From the IMG/VR virus record IMGVR_UViG_2740892229_000003: a stretch of 5,022 nt of DNA, one strand, 5' to 3'. Both the position numbers and the translations under genes were made by a program. The stretch's first letter is position 1. Each line of letters begins with the position of its first letter. This DNA is from a virus (taxonomy: Duplodnaviria; Heunggongvirae; Uroviricota; Caudoviricetes). Below are positions 1-5,022 of this stretch, in pieces. The notes under the pieces were generated by a model. It was not told where the DNA came from. It was given only the letters and a program-made list of their open reading frames with translations, and did no database searches.

Positions 1-1
1 C

Positions 2-4721
<4,720 letters not shown>

Positions 4722-4741
4722 ATTTTCATAACCCATATGCG

Positions 4742-4765
4742 GGCGCCATTTCTGGCGCCTTTTTT
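4742..4765 (+). terminator. Rho-independent terminator candidate between J and lom
   Basis: Perfect 7-bp GC-rich stem (ggcgcca at 4742-4748 pairs with tggcgcc at 4753-4759), 4-nt loop tttc, then a run of six T at 4760-4765. It starts 21 nt after the J stop. Confidence 0.6.
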
Positions 4766-4778
4766 ATTGCAGAAAAGC

Positions 4779-4784
4779 GAGAGG
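4779..4784 (+). promoter_or_regulatory. Shine-Dalgarno sequence for lom
   Basis: gagagg lies 5 nt upstream of the ATG at 4790. Confidence 0.5.
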
Positions 4785-4789
4785 TAATT

Positions 4790-4990
4790 ATGCGTAAAGT
4801 TTGTGCAGCCATTTTGTCCGCAGCCATCTGTCTGGCCGTATCCGGTGCGCCTGCATGGGCGTCTGAGCATCAGTCCACGCTGAGCGCGGGGTATCTTCAT
4901 GCCCGGACGAACGTTCCCGGCAGTGATGATCTGAACGGGATTAACGTGAAATACCGTTATGAGGTAAGCGTCAACGGAGCACCGTATTGA
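4790..4990 (+). CDS. lom: Lom-like outer membrane protein, N-terminal 66 codons only (truncated; possible pseudogene or junction artefact)
   Basis: ATG at 4790 with an SD upstream. Translation MRKVCAAILSAAICLAVSGAPAWA/SEHQSTLSAGYLHARTNVPGSDDLNGINVKYRYE has a typical signal peptide with an AWA cleavage motif and matches the N-terminus of lambda Lom as I recall it. After codon 58 the sequence diverges (VSVNGAPY) and hits TGA at 4988-4990, whereas lambda Lom is about 200 aa. The position immediately after J matches lambda gene order. Confidence 0.7.
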   Translation: MRKVCAAILSAAICLAVSGAPAWASEHQSTLSAGYLHARTNVPGSDDLNGINVKYRYEVSVNGAPY

Positions 4991-5022
4991 CGCTTATTTA
5001 TTGGTGAGTACTACGTTCCATG

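Overview
This window is the distal end of a lambda-type (lambdoid siphovirus) tail module: about 4.7 kb of the tail-tip host-specificity gene J on the + strand (5'-partial, stop TGA at 4719-4721), an intrinsic terminator, then a lom-like outer-membrane protein gene (4790-4990) that is truncated relative to lambda Lom. I do not see a novel defence or other undescribed system here; all coding capacity is explained by J and lom. The sequence is not a single contiguous molecule. It contains 14 runs of exactly 10 N (663-672, 985-994, 1144-1153, 1350-1359, 1666-1675, 1880-1889, 2104-2113, 2200-2209, 2296-2305, 2963-2972, 3147-3156, 3357-3366, 3893-3902, 4120-4129). At 13 of them the sequence after the gap restarts 11-312 nt upstream of where the previous block ended and repeats it with 3-13% substitutions, mostly synonymous. 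Only 3147-3156 has no overlap and looks like a real gap of about 24 J codons. The likeliest reading is a scaffold or tiling of short contigs from a genome (or population) carrying at least three closely related J alleles, as in multi-prophage enterobacterial genomes. The J reading frame therefore cannot be translated straight through. All minus-strand ORFs in the track are antisense artefacts of the J coding sequence.
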